Below, piece after piece: positions 36,601 to 51,600 of a stretch of 64,000 nucleotides of DNA. Every line of letters starts with the position of its first letter. Position 1 is the stretch's first letter. The notes under the pieces are model-generated. The model worked only from the letters and a program-made list of their open reading frames with translations. It was not told the origin of the DNA and made no database searches. The stretch spans positions 96,100,001 through 96,164,000 of the forward strand of contig OZ296653.1 of NCBI GenBank assembly GCA_965655095.1, read 5' to 3'. The DNA comes from Haplodiscus bocki (lineage: Eukaryota). The translations under genes and the position numbers were made by a program.

Positions 36601-39600
36601 ATTTTTCTTATCTTCAACTTGAACTTTCACCGAAAAAAGGTCGCCGGGATTGTTAAAAATGCATTTCACGAGTCCATAGGAACATTTTGGGATTTCGAAG
36701 AAACACGTGAACATACTCACTCCGAATTGGCAGATTCCGGAGAAGAAAATCAACCAATTGAGGGAAAGATTTTCTCGTAATTCAAATTACTATACAATAT
36801 AAAAATTAAATCTTTCGGAGATAGTTTCCGTATCATTCCTTATTGAAAAACAAGAGTCTGATTCTACAAACAAACGAAACTGGCGTGGTATTTAGTGTAT
36901 CTGTATAGCCTTGAATAACTGATAAGGGCTTCTTGAATGAAATAGTGGAACTCCATGTTTTTGGCCAACCACCAGTGGTAAAACGCGACCCCAGGGATAA
37001 CGACAATTTTGCCCGAAGAAGAGAGGTGGGAACTACGCGAGGATGTCCTGTACTTGCAGACATGCATTGACCAAATCGCTGCTAGGAAGGCTAGAATAGA
37101 TGAAAGCAAAGAAAAATTCTCATACTGTGCTGAGATTAATTTAAAATTGTCAGTGTATTGAATGCCCTTTGGCGATTTTCACGGAGCATTCACTTAGGAA
37201 GTAGTGTTTTCAGCAGACGTACGATAAGCATACCGTTCAAAATGCAGAGCAAACTATTCGAGTATAGCATGTTATTGCGAGCAGGGAATTCACTCCGGTG
37301 AGCCAATTGACAATCAAATCGGAGTATTCATTCGTTTTCTGCTCCTTGAAACACTTTTTGGTTTTCTGTTCATTTACTTGTCTGTCTCTTGAACGCACAC
37401 CTTCAACTTAGTCTCATTAGCCTTATGAAATTGAATTTGACGAATGTTTTGCCAATATCGAAGCAGCATGCGCAAAACATTTTTGCTACGACGTTGACCT
37501 TTTTTCCAGACAGGGAATAGCGCAATAAGGAAACGTCTACCTCACTTCGAGTGGCCTGACTTGTAACTGCAGTTGAATGATATTCTTGCCGTTATGCATG
37601 TGCAAGTTTTTTGTGAAAGAGGTGTAATGCTGTTTCGAGAACCAATATCTAATAATTTTCATAGGCAATTTTTGTTGCTACCGTTTATTTCTTCATCAGT
37701 TTTTCAGAGCTCATCTTCTCGTGACTTATTGAACAGATATTTCTGTTTTTGCGACAGAAATTTTACGAAAAGATTTTCATTTACAGCGTATTGACTTTTG
37801 ATAGAGTTTTTCTATAGGTTTTATTGGGACAGAAACGGGCTGGTTTTGGCTATTTTCAAGATCATTTGTCAAATTGAAGTGCTCTATACTTGCACCTGGG
37901 TCTCGAAGTCACCTCAGTTTTGCCTACACGTTTCAAGCAGGCTCCAGTTTATCATTTATTAAGTTCAGCTTGATTTGTTAAAATTTTTTCCATTTGTTTT
38001 TTTTTCCTGGAAAATTCTTGACAATCAAACTGATTTCGGCTTTTTATTGGATCTTTGTCAACTCGAAATTCTTTATTCTTCCACATAGGTCTTCAAAACA
38101 CCCCAATTCCGCGGAATGCATTACAAGCAGGCTTTTATCTATTAAGCAATAGGTTTCGGTTGCGGTTCAATAGTTTTTCTTGGGTTATTTGAGAGGGAAA
38201 AATGTTGAAAATCGAGCTAGTTTCGCATGTCTGTTAGATTGACTCCAGATTTGGAAGCTATATCTTTGCACCTATGTTTTCAAATCACGAGTTTGGCATA
38301 GGAATTACAAGCACGATCCAATCTATCAACTGTTAAGTTTTGGTTGAAGATCAAAATTTTTGATGGTTTTTCTAAAGAAAGTCGAGCTGAGTTTGGCAAT
38401 TTTGGATACTTCATCAAGTTTCAGTTTTGATTGTAGCACATACACCTTGGTATGCCCTATTTTTTGAATCAGTTTAAGCAGGAGAGTCAAGTTTAACTCT
38501 GAATTTTCGCTTCGGTATTTGAGCCCCGCCTGGTGCCTATTTTATAAATCTTAGTACTCCTGAAATATCCGGCATCTGGTATTGACTAAAATTGTGTTGT
38601 TAGATTGTTAGGAGTTTGAATTTCTAATTATGAAATGATAAATTGGGATTAGGCAAGTCTAAAGTTTATTTGTGCAAATATTGAGTCAGCTTCAACCTAA
38701 TTTGTGGGAATTCTCTTGTTTCTTCTCGAGATATTTTTTGATGTTAACTGTTTATATCTTCATTATACATAGGAATGTTTCAGCCCTCAGATCATCATGT
38801 GACAACTCGTTCAAAGAAGAAGGACATTGTAGCAAAGACGACGCTTCACTTGCTGAAACACACCCGTTCAACGACCTAATCATTGTGGACTCAATTGTAA
38901 GGGCTCTCTGCAAAACAGAGGAAGCCCAAACTAAGAAGGCGTCTTCGCTTCATCTTATTGACCTTCTTGTGAACTCGTGCTCTGAACTTTTGACCCCTGA
39001 AACCTTCTCTCATTTGCCAATATTTCAATGCCTATTGGAACGAGTTTGTGAATGTTTCTACGAGAAGGCTTGGTTTGTCAAGCTCACTGGTTGCTTGGTT
39101 CTTGAGAAGGTTTTGGATAGTTTGAGCTCAAACTTTTTGCTGCTGAATCAGTCGAAGATTATCCGAAGTTTGCAGTTTACGATGGTTGATTTTGGCGGTG
39201 ATGTTTCCAATGGCGTGCTGGAGTCAATATGCATTGTCATGGAAAATGTCCTCCAGAAATGCTTCACGCCGCTGAACAAAAATGGTGCGTCATCTTCGGA
39301 GGAAGACTCGAAGTTGAAGGAACTGAAAGAAATTTCCATGGACAAAGTGGTTCATGATTTGACACGAGAGATAACGTCGCCCAATAAGATATTGCGAGAA
39401 CAAGTAAAAGCTAGAGGAAGTTTTCCAACTCGTAAACTTTTGGTTTTTGGTAAAGTCTGTCCAATGACGCATTTGATGTAATGGTCTCTTAGATGTACAT
39501 TCCAGAGGTAATTTCCAGTTTTGTTCGAATGAAGACTCGTAGGTATTTGTCGAATACAGGTATTCATTTAATTAATTTTATCGGTTATTTATTTGGTGCT

Positions 39601-42600
39601 TGAATTGTAGTTGCTAATGTTCGCATATTGGACAGCAATTCTAGGAAATGCGGATATCGTTGCTTAATTATGACACTTGTTGTACTTGTACCCGACTAAT
39701 GGTTTAAGATATTTAAAAATTCGAATTTGAAATGTGTACAAAGATTTTAGGTATACCAGTACATGCTATAAGGCAGACAAAACGAGGCGTTCGTTAGTTG
39801 AAACTTTGAAGTATTTGATTTTGTTTAGATGGTTCGATGTCTCAAATTTGTGACAAGAGTAACCGGTAGCTCATTGCACGACCTGTTACTGTCTCAAAAG
39901 ACACAGCTGCAGGAGATAGTGCCTCCAGTGAAGCACAGACTGCGCTACCTTCCCTTCAACACCCAGATTGGACTCATGTTTGCAAATGCATTTCTGCTCT
40001 CTTCAGCTGTGACACCTCGCATGTTTTCCTACGACATGAAGCTCAATGATCATGCTGATTACTTAGAAGAGGTATCAATTTTCCCATAATTGAAACAAAG
40101 AATTGCATTATGAAGATGTGCAAAAATTGAAGCGGGTACCTTGATTTATGAACCTTGTATTAAACAGTAACAAATCAACTAATGTAGCAAATCCCGCTAG
40201 ACACGTTGTATACCGATTCTGTGGAAAGCTTCTGAAATACGTAATAAAGACTGACCTACTGAAACGGGGCAAAAGTACTCCGCAGATATTTCGTCTTGCA
40301 CATTTTTTATCAGCTTTTTCACCGAATTATTGCAAACTAGATAATCTTCTGTTTTATATCGAGGAAATTGAAGCGCTCCTTGCAGAAATCGGAAGAACGG
40401 GTGTTTGCAAACTACACTGCCGAGTTAAGTGTCACATGTCTCAGATTATTTGAACAACCAATAGAAGTCAGCCATCTTGTTATATATGTAACTCATATAA
40501 TCTCATTTTAATTATCCAACATTCGATTTTGAGTGCACGTAACTTTGGTAGCGTCTGATCTCGGCATTTCCGAAAGACTCTGTGAGACTTTCGATGTCAA
40601 CATTCAGCACAATTCAGTGCATCATCTTACTCGTGCTCTTAAACTGTGATTTCGGAGATTATTTTGAAATTATCATCAGGCTATCTAATTTTCCTCATTT
40701 CTGCTGGCTGTTGATTCTCGCGTTCCAGTAGCATGCAATTAAGATTTGATTTGTGATACTTGACCTGGAAACGGTGTAATTACGGTGATTGTCATGGTTA
40801 AATCATTATCTACCTTCCTATTCCAGTTATTTTACCTCTGCGAATCAGACGACGACAATCTCAAAAAGTTGGCGATCTCGAACAAAGTTTCATCTTTTGA
40901 CCTTTTCACTCTCCGAGAAGCTGCTCTACGAAACCTGGCCGCATGCTACTTCATCACAGAAGACAGCCAACACGACCGAATCTTTTCAGTGCTTTATGAG
41001 TCTCTAAACTCTACGAATGACCAAATCCAGTCACTGGGCGAAAAATGTATGGAAACATTTCTCTCAAAATGCGGCAAAGACAAACGACAAAAGGCTTACG
41101 AACATATGCGCGAATTACTCAAATCGTTGATGAGCAGCTACAAAGTTTTGAACCTTAACGTTGTTGCTCGATTATCGACGCTCTCGACTTTGTTTCCTCA
41201 AAGTTTCAACGAAAGGTTCTGCAGATCAATAGTGATGGAACATTTGACATATTGGGTGCGAGATATGACCGAAATAAGACGCAGCGGGGGGCTAGAAGCT
41301 GACTATTTCCTAGAGCTGAAAACAAGTTCTCAGATCATCAACATGTTTCATCTTCTGCCCACGGCTCCTGTATCGCTGGTCGAACCTCTGATTGATATGG
41401 TCATAAACACGGAAGAATGTCTGGCCCGCGACTTTGCCAACCCGATGAGACCTCCGTTGGCGAAGTTTCTGGCGCAGCACTCGGAAACAACCTGTGTCTT
41501 CTTCATGAGACAGGAAAACTTGAAAAATGAAAAGAAATTGTCATTCTTTTTGGTTAGTCCAAACACTTTTTGAACTTTTCGAAGTTGATATGAAAGAAAT
41601 TTCGTTGTTGAAGCGAGGAGATTGGTTCTTTGTAATTGCGTAGGAAAATTGTAGGAGCTTTCGGTGAAGCAATAAAAACATGCGTTGCAATCGTACGATT
41701 GGAATTTCGTTTCTTCGTCTGTCCGATGTCTTAGTTATGCATTGTTTGACATTACTCAGACGTGATATTTGACTTAACTTCGTTTCACAGTGCTGGTGTT
41801 GCTTCCTTCGCCTAAAATTACCAAAACGAAAAGGTCCATGTACTTCAACTTGATTGTAAGGTTGTAACTTCGTGTTATAATTATTCATCAGTATGTAGGG
41901 CATCTGTAGTCATTGTTGTGCCGATGAAAAAATTACTGCTTTCCGACATCCCGATTTAAATAACTTTTGAAATATTCTGTTTCAGTTCATGCTGGGCCAC
42001 CCAGAAGGAAGACCAATCATGGCATGGCTTATGTCTCATGGTCCGTTCTTCGTCAAATCTGGACTTGCCTGTGCTTTGGAAAACCCTCAAGACAACATCA
42101 ACTTTACGATCCAGAACAATCTCATCCGGATTCTTAACTTGGCCTGTGAAATCGACGACACCTGGATTGCTAATCAGACCGAAATCGTGAGCTACCTTCG
42201 TGAGATCTGGACCTCGGTTGAATTGGATAAACGTCATGGGTCCGGATCTCTGGACTGCGATGTCAATTGGAAAGAAGTCCAGTGTTTGGTGACGTGTTTG
42301 TTATCTGCGTTCAAACATGACTCAAATTACCCGGACGCCGGCTTCCTATTTTCGATTGTCAGGGCGTTGACTTCAAACTACCTCTGTGATAATTTGAGAC
42401 TCAAGTGTTTTTTATCAGAGCACCTGACGCATCTCAGTGCGCAAGCGAAACGGAAGCTATTTTTCAGTTTCACGGATATTTTTGTGGATGCATTCAAAGA
42501 TACTGAGTGCAAAGCGAAAATGATAACGATGGTTTTCATACCAGCATTCAGATCTACAATGGTCGTTGACGAATACGTTGATGAGTTGATTGGAGAAAAA

Positions 42601-45600
42601 GCGAACCCAGAATCAGAAAGTCCCAACAACCTGTTGAATGTATTTCTGTCGAAATTTGTCAACAGCAACCAAAGGTAAAAAGTGTATTTTATTAACCAAT
42701 TCATAAACTAACTTCATTGACTTGGTACTTCGAAGTGGATTGAGGACCAATGTCGTTTCATGAACAATGTCAATATCATTCGAATGGTTTGTGAATTCGC
42801 TGCATAAAGCATCATCCAATGCTAAGTTCAGGCTTGTCCTTTCAGGACACTTTTGTTATTGGTGCCCGAATAAATGGAATCATTCATTTGGCATAAAGGG
42901 CCTTCAATACTTGCTGACTATCATTCATTAGTTTTTCATTTTTAGGCATTAATTGGGTAGAAAAGTTGCCCTTTCAGCTTTTAGATTGTGTCGCTCTACG
43001 ACCAAAAATCATCAGTCGAAGGACACACCCTGCTTAAGCTGTAACAACTCTGGTAAAAGCAGGTCAAGAGGCCGTGTGTTCCACAAAGGAATTTTTGTAA
43101 AACGATGGGTTAATAGGTCTCAACGGGGAAGTTGACACATAAATCTGGTCGTATTTAAGATCGTACGATTAAGATGTTTTAAAACCTGTATCTGAAAGGG
43201 CCTCCAGCCCCTGCTGGGCTCTGTATTCCTTTGAAAGCAATTTGCTCATTGACGTTTAAATTCGAAGATCACAAAATGAATTTTCACGCAGTAACATATG
43301 AGACATTACAGCGTCGCAAGACATTTGTGAAATATTGTAGAAGATTACAAAAGAAGTTTTCGCAGTAGATCAAAATACAAGCATAATAACATAAGCAAAT
43401 GCAAAACAATTTAAGCCATCAGCTCAAGCTCCGACTTGAATCCAATTTTCTTTCTTTATTCTTTTTCGCCACATATTTTTGAATAATTGAGAAAAATTAT
43501 TCATTCAGTAGGATCGTTTTTTTTTCAGTTTTTTGCCAACTCTTTTAATTCAAAAATAATTCTCTGCAGTGAAGTTAGGACAAAAATTTCTCAAGCAGTA
43601 GGTCCAGGTTCGAATCTTTGTCGGGCCATATATTTTTATGATTTCACTGACATTTGTCAGAAATTCCAATTGTTCCCATGGCACAGTGGGCAGGGTTCCG
43701 AGGCGCTAGGTACAGGTGCGAATCCTAGCATTTACTTACAATTTTTTTACTTTATTAATACGATCTCGAATTGCGAGCATTGTTTTTTCTACGTCCATCA
43801 AAATTATTGTTTTCGCCGATTTTTAGTTGGTGCTTCATGAATTCAAAAAAGCTGACTTTTGTAGGTACTTTATTCTTTCATTATTCTTTTAAAGATCACA
43901 ACGAATTTTTCTTTTTTCCCTGATTGTTTTCCTCGGCATAATATTTTAACGCATGCAAGTGCAGTTTATGCCAATGTCAGGTAAGTACTCGCAAATATCA
44001 GAGGCTCCCTTATACGGAAACTTTCGGTACTGTGAGACAAAATTTTTTGACGGAAAATCGTGAAACCCCCGTTACGCATAGTTTTTCGATACAAGAAACT
44101 TTCAGAAACACCAAAAGGGCCCCCTCACGAAGTTTTTCTGCGAGACAAAAAATGTTTTCGACTTCTTTCTGTGATTCTCCCACTATGGATGACCAAACTT
44201 TTCGCACCCAATAAATGGGTGGCACCCGAAACTTTCAGAAATACCTGAGACTTCAGAAATACATAAAAGAACTCTTCCTAAAGTTCGTTAATGTGGTATT
44301 GTGCGACAGATAGTTTTAGAAATTTTTTTGGTGACACCCTCCTTTTGGTTACCAAAGCTTTGGCGCTGGACAGATGAGCAGCGTCGACTTTGACCTGTTC
44401 TCAGCTCGTTTTGGTTTCCGTCGACAGATTTTCCAAAAGGAAATTAGTCAGTTCGGTAGTGTAGTTTTTCCTTTGAGACAATTTGCGAAAATCACGCAAA
44501 ATTCGTGTTGCAGATTTGTTAAGCTCTTGTTTAATACATATATGCGGTGTCACCGCAGATAGATAGCTCCAACGTCGAATGCACCAAATCAGTTACAAGC
44601 TGGTTCTACGTTTCCCGAAAATTTTATATACTTCTTTTATTGTTTTTGTCCCACAGCAGTCTTTTTCGATCTACTTTAGGGTTTTCCTGTTTTCCGAACA
44701 GACGCCCTTTTTCTACATTTTTGAGTCAAGTCAACTTGTTCCAAATTTTCGGGAAAATTTTGGACCGTTGTTTTTTTTCACCAACCGAAAAATGTATCTT
44801 TTTTTGTAAAGTGATTTACAATTTAATAATTGAATTTGTTTTCCTGAAGAGATTCCTTGTAGATGTATGTCGTTTTCTTCTTTGAGCCTCGAACGCAAAA
44901 AAAGCAATTATTTAACACTTTTCCTCGAATTGGTCGTTGCGTACCTTGTACAGTCCGCAGAGTCAGACCAGGCCTCAAAAACATATGGTAATTTTTATTC
45001 GCGATATTCGAAGTCATTTTCCTCCAAAACGACCGACTGGACTTCTTGAGTGAAGGCGACAATCGACAATTTCTTTTTTGTAGATGGTCCGTAGACGGTC
45101 CGTCTTTATTAAAGTACTAAGGAGTAAAAACATGGTATCTGAACGGAGGATCAATTCTGCTAAAATTTCATAAGATAGGTAATTTTCGTAATCGAATTTG
45201 AAATCAATTTCTCAAAACTACCTGCTCATTTTCATCAATCAACGTCCCACTCGACTCGACTCTTGTCAGCGTTCAAAACGGCGCTCAGTGAATTTAAGTT
45301 TGCCCGACATTAGCATGAATTCCTTTCACGTTTGATCAACTTTTAAAATCAAACTAATTTTTCTTCAAAACTATCTGCTGTAACCCTTCCGTGATCGTGA
45401 CCCTTCTCGGATGCTGTGACCCTTCTCAATCCACTTTTTCCTATTTGCGAAGCGTTCTTCAAAAACAATGTTTCCGATACCGGTTCTTGCGTTGGAACTT
45501 TTATGGAATAATTTTGCCAAGAAGTGCCTATTGAATTTCTCAAAATTTAAACCTAATTTCCTCCAAAACTACCGACTACATTTCTTCAATCAATGTCTCA

Positions 45601-48600
45601 GTTGACGTTTTTTTACTTGTAGAATGGTAATGGACTGTCCAATATCGTGTTTGATTCCTCGGAAAGGAGACTTTGTGCTTGGAAATTCTCAATAATTGCG
45701 TTTTGTATGAACCGTCTTGATAAAAAGACTCAATTATTCTCAAAACATCCTCGATTTCTTTTATCATGGTGTCAATCAACAACTTTCTATCTGCGGAACA
45801 TCGTTCTATGCTAGTGATGCAGGAAAATATCTTTGCATCGCAAACTTTTGACCGATTTAGCCACAATGTGGATTTGGTCTGATTTTTCCTGAAGAGCGAA
45901 CCTTCGTTTCTGAAGAACCAGTGACTGCATTTCATTCATCAAGGTATCAGTCGACTTTTTAAAAACTTTTTTTAATTGTGAGGGAATGTTAATTTTTGCG
46001 TTTGTTTCCTAGCAGTTCCAAATTGATATGCGGATAAGGCCAAAAATAAAAAAAAATCATATTCGTACGATTTGCATTGATTATCAAGTTCGATTTTTTT
46101 TGAAATAACCTGCTCAATCTCTTACATCAAGGTCTTCTCAACAATATGATATTTGTAGAGCCTCATTTATTAACAATGTTTTGAGAGACTCTTCTTACAT
46201 CAGAAAGTTTACGGTCCGAAATAGCCGAAAATTGAATTTAGGTATGATTCGTCTTGATAATAAAACTCGGTATCCCCTCAAAACAGCAAATCCCCTCAGG
46301 ATTTCTTCCGTCAAGGTCTCGATCAACATTTTTATTTTTGTACCGTATAATTCATGATCCATCTCTCCTCTTCCCATCCTCTCTGCGAAAACCTGCTAGG
46401 CCTGGATAGCCAAAAGTTATGTATATGTATGATGCTTCTTTATATTAGAACTTTTCCCCAAAGCACTGGCTGCTTTTTGTCATTAAGCTTTCAGTCGACA
46501 AGTTTTAAATTTGAAATAGTTTTCAAATGAAAAATATGAAGGTTTGTTGCTCTCAGCGGCCACTTGATTGGCTGCGAAATGCAAGACTTGCATATGCATG
46601 TGGTTCTTCGTGAGACGCCAACTCATTTGTTTCCAACACTCTGGACTGCTTCCGTCAAGTCACAGTGGAATATTTTATATGTATAACGTCACTCGAAGAA
46701 ACATATTCCGAAATTCATTCTCCGCAATATTACTCTCATGGGCTTTAATTGGCAAAAAAGTGATTTGTGGCTTTTCTCCATAGTCAAACCCATTTTCTGT
46801 GAAAGTGCTGGCTGGATTTCCACGAGCAAAATCTCGCAAGATAATTTCAAATTTTCAGAATATGTTTCAGAGACTTACTTCGAGCTGCGTACTTTGCTTC
46901 GGAGCCCTGATAACTCGATTATGCCAGGAATTGTAGAAATCAATGGTGGAATTGATTTTTGTGGAGAACCTTTGAAAATTAGATTGAAAACGCTTTTCTT
47001 TCTCTTTTTTAAATAATTCCAAAAATTGATCGCAAATTTGTAACTGGGCGAAAAATATGCGGGTGCTATCCGGCCGTAATGTTAAACAACTATTTCAGAA
47101 AATCCGTTCTCTCTTGTAATACTTTGCAAACTTTGTGTCAAATTTTTCTTTCTAGTTCTTTCTGATCCACACAAGTATCTTCTGGTTTGTTCTCGCTATA
47201 TCTTCTTCTCCCTCCGTAGCCTGTCTTTCCTACGCCACAGATTTATCGGCGCTGCCCGGTAGCATTTTGTGGTTCAAGATAGTTGGACTGGTTTTGATGT
47301 GCCTCGCTTACTAATTGCATTGTCGCTCTTTCGTCTGTTTCTTTAATGGTCCTCGCAAAGTTTTCCTGTTTTGGAGGTTTGGGGATCACTGGGAACTTCA
47401 AGTGATTTTGTAGTCTATTATAATTCTTCTGTTCGAGACCGTTCCGCTCTTAAGAAACGTTGTCGTTCCTTTAGTTGAGTCCGGCGAGGTAGCTGATGCA
47501 CACTCGTTTTTCTAATTTAAAGGAACAGTTTTCTTGCGATCATTAGTCTCGTCATTAGTGCTTTTAATTTTTCGCTGAGCTCTCAAACCTCCACTGCATT
47601 GTGATTTCAGGCGTGGAATGAGCGAACACTTCAGTTGACAAATGCTCTCACTTTTTTAACAGCAGAAAACGTTCATTTTTATTAAGTCTCGCTGCCGAAC
47701 AATAGGACTTCGAGTGAGTCAGTCAGCGTGCGCAAACTAGTTGAAGTTTGCAGCAGCAACGCCACCGCGTTAAACTGTATGCCCTTTCAGTTCAAGTAAG
47801 TATGAAAATTATGGGAAGATGTCTTTGGCTTCTCTTTGGGGTTGAAGACATTCAATCAAGCGGGGAAAAATTACGGAACTTTCCTAGCAAATAATTCACA
47901 TGTAGTACTTTTTAAAACCCTATCAGTCAAGATCTGTTCGGATGTGGCAAAATCTGGTCTAGGCATTAATGGGCCGTTGTTTTGAGAGAGTAACAATTTT
48001 GTTTTTCGTTGGGGTCTTGATCCTGGAGAGGAGTCAAAGGCGGGAAGGGATAAATTAAGTAAGAGTACCCCTTTTGTTGCTTTCGTAGTTGAAGAAGGGT
48101 GTAGAGTGCAATTTTTGTTCCGACATGAGTTTTCAAAGAAACTGCTCATCAAAACAATTTAGTATTCTTATGAATGGTTTTGGTCCATTCTCATGTCATC
48201 ATTTTCAGGGCTCTGCATGGTGAATGATACTGTCTTTCGAGCACGTTTGTTGCAACATCAAGGAGGCAGGAGAATATTAGGTCGAACTTTAGCTCGCTCG
48301 GGATGGCCTAGGGTCTCATGATCCTGAATTCTAAAACAGATCCCCGTTACGGTACATAGATGTCGCAAAAAGCGGCGGAAATCAATCATTTTTTTTATCA
48401 ATCACTCTTATAGCGTCATATGCGGTGCCGTCCGGCTTAGCTGTGTAGTCCGCACATTCCCTACATGCGTCCGTTTTCACTTATTGTTACTTGCTACATC
48501 GCTGCATTTCAGTTTATCATTTTCATGTGCATTTTGAACACCTCTTTCTTTGCAAGTTTTTCCAAATGCCTACGCTCGAAATCCTTAAAGTTAGGATAAA

Positions 48601-51600
48601 TAGGTCCTAAATTGATTTTTTTTTCATCCCGGATGGCGTCGAATTCCTTTGGTGAAAAAGCGTTCGCGATCTTTTCGCTACCCAACATTCTCGTTACCTA
48701 ATTACTCATCGCTGGCCTAGCAGATTTGTTTTCCGCAGAATTTACACGCTGGAGAATCAAGAGATGCGCCTCTCGGAAAAATTCTGTTTTGCTCTTTCGT
48801 TCTTTTGAATAATGTGCAACACTGAGAAAGAAATACCGATTCTGCCTACAGCTGCCCATCGATGGCTCTCGTTCACTTTGACGAGAAAGATCTGGTTCCT
48901 TAGCTATTCCTTGGTCAACAACCAGTTTTCGTGAACGGTTCGGTGTCCGATGGGTTGTGGATAGCGTCAGCATATCGTGACATTATGGGTTTTAAGAATG
49001 AGGCATTCCTTGTCCGTTGCGTTAAAGTCTGGCTGACTTTTACTTTATACAATTCAAGCCAAACTTCACGCGATAAGAGTTCGTGATCCTTGTCAATTCT
49101 TTGATACAAAATATCCACAGCAGGAAAGGAAACAGACAATGATGGTGGCTGTTCAACATCATCGAGACATAATGTTTTTGCCCATTTCATGGCTCAGAGT
49201 TGCCACAATTGATTTAGATGCGTCGGCAAATTTAGTTGGCTGAGAGTGGGCTACTTTGCTGATTTATTGTTTCCGTGGCTGATTTTGTATGCTTTGGCAT
49301 TTGGAGCGCGGAAGAGTTTCTGGAGAAAATTGTTTTTGCAGGCAAGAATTGAGAAGTTGCAAGATTCTCACACGGGACCCGAAATCTGATCTGAGGAAGC
49401 ACTTCGAGCGTTTCGACACTTTTTACGACTTTTCGCAGCTCGATTTTTCAATCCCCGTTAATCGGCAGTGGGAAAAAATGTCAAGTTATGCTGACTGGGA
49501 CGAAATCGAACAAACATAACGATAAGGAATGACCTTCCCTTGCCCCGGTTTATAGAACTTTATTCTGTTTGAATCTTATACGTCGTTCATACTCAGTGTC
49601 CTCTTTGTTCAGTGAAAAGATATCCATCTTTTGCCCCCTCTTAAGTTAATTTTCCTGCCGTTCGCTTTTTTTTCTATTTTAGTCAGGCCGTAGCTTGAAC
49701 AAGTTTAGTAGTGGCTGGCCGGCTGAGCGTAACGGTGATTCAATTTTCGCTTGTCGGCATTCGTGCAATGAGTGTGGTTAATTGCAAACTCATTCGCATC
49801 TTTTTGTTAAATAATAATTTCTCCCTGGAGCGCTGTCGTGTCGTATCGCCGCTGTTGTTTGAGCACCACAATTATAACACAACAGCCGCTGCAAGAACAG
49901 CATAGTCATACTTTGTTTGTCTTTTAAAAGCATGCTTTATGAAAAGGAGCTTCTCCACAAAGTGAATATTAATGCCTATAGATTTTACTTTTTTCGCGAG
50001 CGTGCCGTGATTGACCCTTTGGGCGATGCGCTGCTCCACTGCTCATTAACTTTTCTTCATTTTCAATATTTTCCGTTGAAAAACGTGTTCAAAAGGAAAA
50101 TATCCATTTTAGTGGTGGAGTTTTCCCCTTTTTTTGAAGCGGCCCATGTTGCGCAGACTTCGTGTCCGCAGAATCATTGGTGACTTGTTACTCTTGCGCA
50201 AGTAGGTTTTATAACACTCTCCCAGATTTTTCTCCGTCCGTTCACAACTAACACAGGTTACTAGATTTGACCACAGGGGAGGGAGGATGATGCCCGCTCG
50301 AACCTGTCACCGTTCGCGCAACAGTCACATGCTCTACCCGACTGTGCCGTTGTGGCCTGCTTTTATTCAAAATATGAAAAACAAACAAAATATTATAGTG
50401 TTTCCTACTTGTTCTTAAATGTACAAGAATTAACTGAGTTTCTGTACACTTGCTATCAGTAGTAGTACCATGACTTCTTCTGAACTCGGTGATTTGTTCA
50501 GTAGTATTCCGGTGGGGCAAGCGTCGCGAAGCACAGCGTAGCCTCTGTGTTATAATACTTGTGTGAGGTGTCACGGCTGTCACAGGTGATGGGTTTGAAT
50601 CCCTCTGTCGGCCATATACACACTCGCGCGAGCAAGTGTTGAATCACAGCCTGCGATTTTTTTTCCGATCCGTCGACAGCTCGAACAGGACACTACTTTT
50701 CGACCAAAGAGAGGAGAAAGTATACGACATTTGGCGTTGCATTCGTGTGCTCCACTGACTCTACCATTGTTTTTTTCAAAGTTGCAAGCGATTGAAATCT
50801 TACAGCGTTTCTTATTTGCTTAAAAATGTGGAAGGAATGGCTGACTTTCTCTACACTTGTTATCGTGGCCCCTTAAAAAATCATTTTTATTTATTTGCTT
50901 TGTTCACTGGTGTTCCCTTGGCGCAAAGGTTGCCATGCACGTTTAGCCTCTGTTTTTACATGTTTTTAGATACTTGTCAGCTCTTTCTTGTTTTTTAGCA
51001 GCAAAAATTTGAGCTTCATTTTTAGGAGTTTTTAGCAGTTGGATCTTATTGTCTCAAAAATTGTGTTTTTTTTCGAATTAAATGGACGAATACTTAGTTT
51101 TCAATTTTTTGGGAATTGTTTCAGTTTCTGGGCTTTCTTGAACAGCCAAGAAATGTTTCAAATCTGTTTAAATAAATTTAAAAAACATAAACTTTCCAGC
51201 TTTTTCATATCAGTTTTTTTTCTGTCCTGTTTTGTTTTGAGCCATTTTTTCGAATTTGTTTCCGCTGCATTGTATTCTTCTGTCATCTTGACATTGAGGT
51301 AATGCCAGAAAGCTCGATTAGTTTTGGTTTTCCTCGATGTTCAAACTCATTTCTCTCAATAACTACACAGCTAAATGTGTTCCTCTAGGTCTCAGTATAA
51401 TGCTTTTGACCTTTGGTGAATCTTTCGAATGAAAAATTGTCCTTTCTGTACCGTGCATAGGAATCCTAATGGTCCAAAAATTCCATAACTGTTGTTGGTA
51501 CTGATTTATCTGGATTTTGAAACTGGTGTTTGTCCGTAGCTGAAGGGTTGATTTCATCAACGTCTCATTCGAAAGATTTTGAATTTTAGAAGAGTGGTTG

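Noticed and set aside
40150-43150. Intronic fragments resembling a hAT dimerisation domain (~40250-40450) and a BEL integrase C-terminus (~42950-43140)
   Set aside because: The similarity is too weak to support by eye.
50288-50357. Functional tRNA-Asn gene
   Set aside because: The acceptor, anticodon and T stems do not pair properly, so it is treated as a tRNA-derived repeat.
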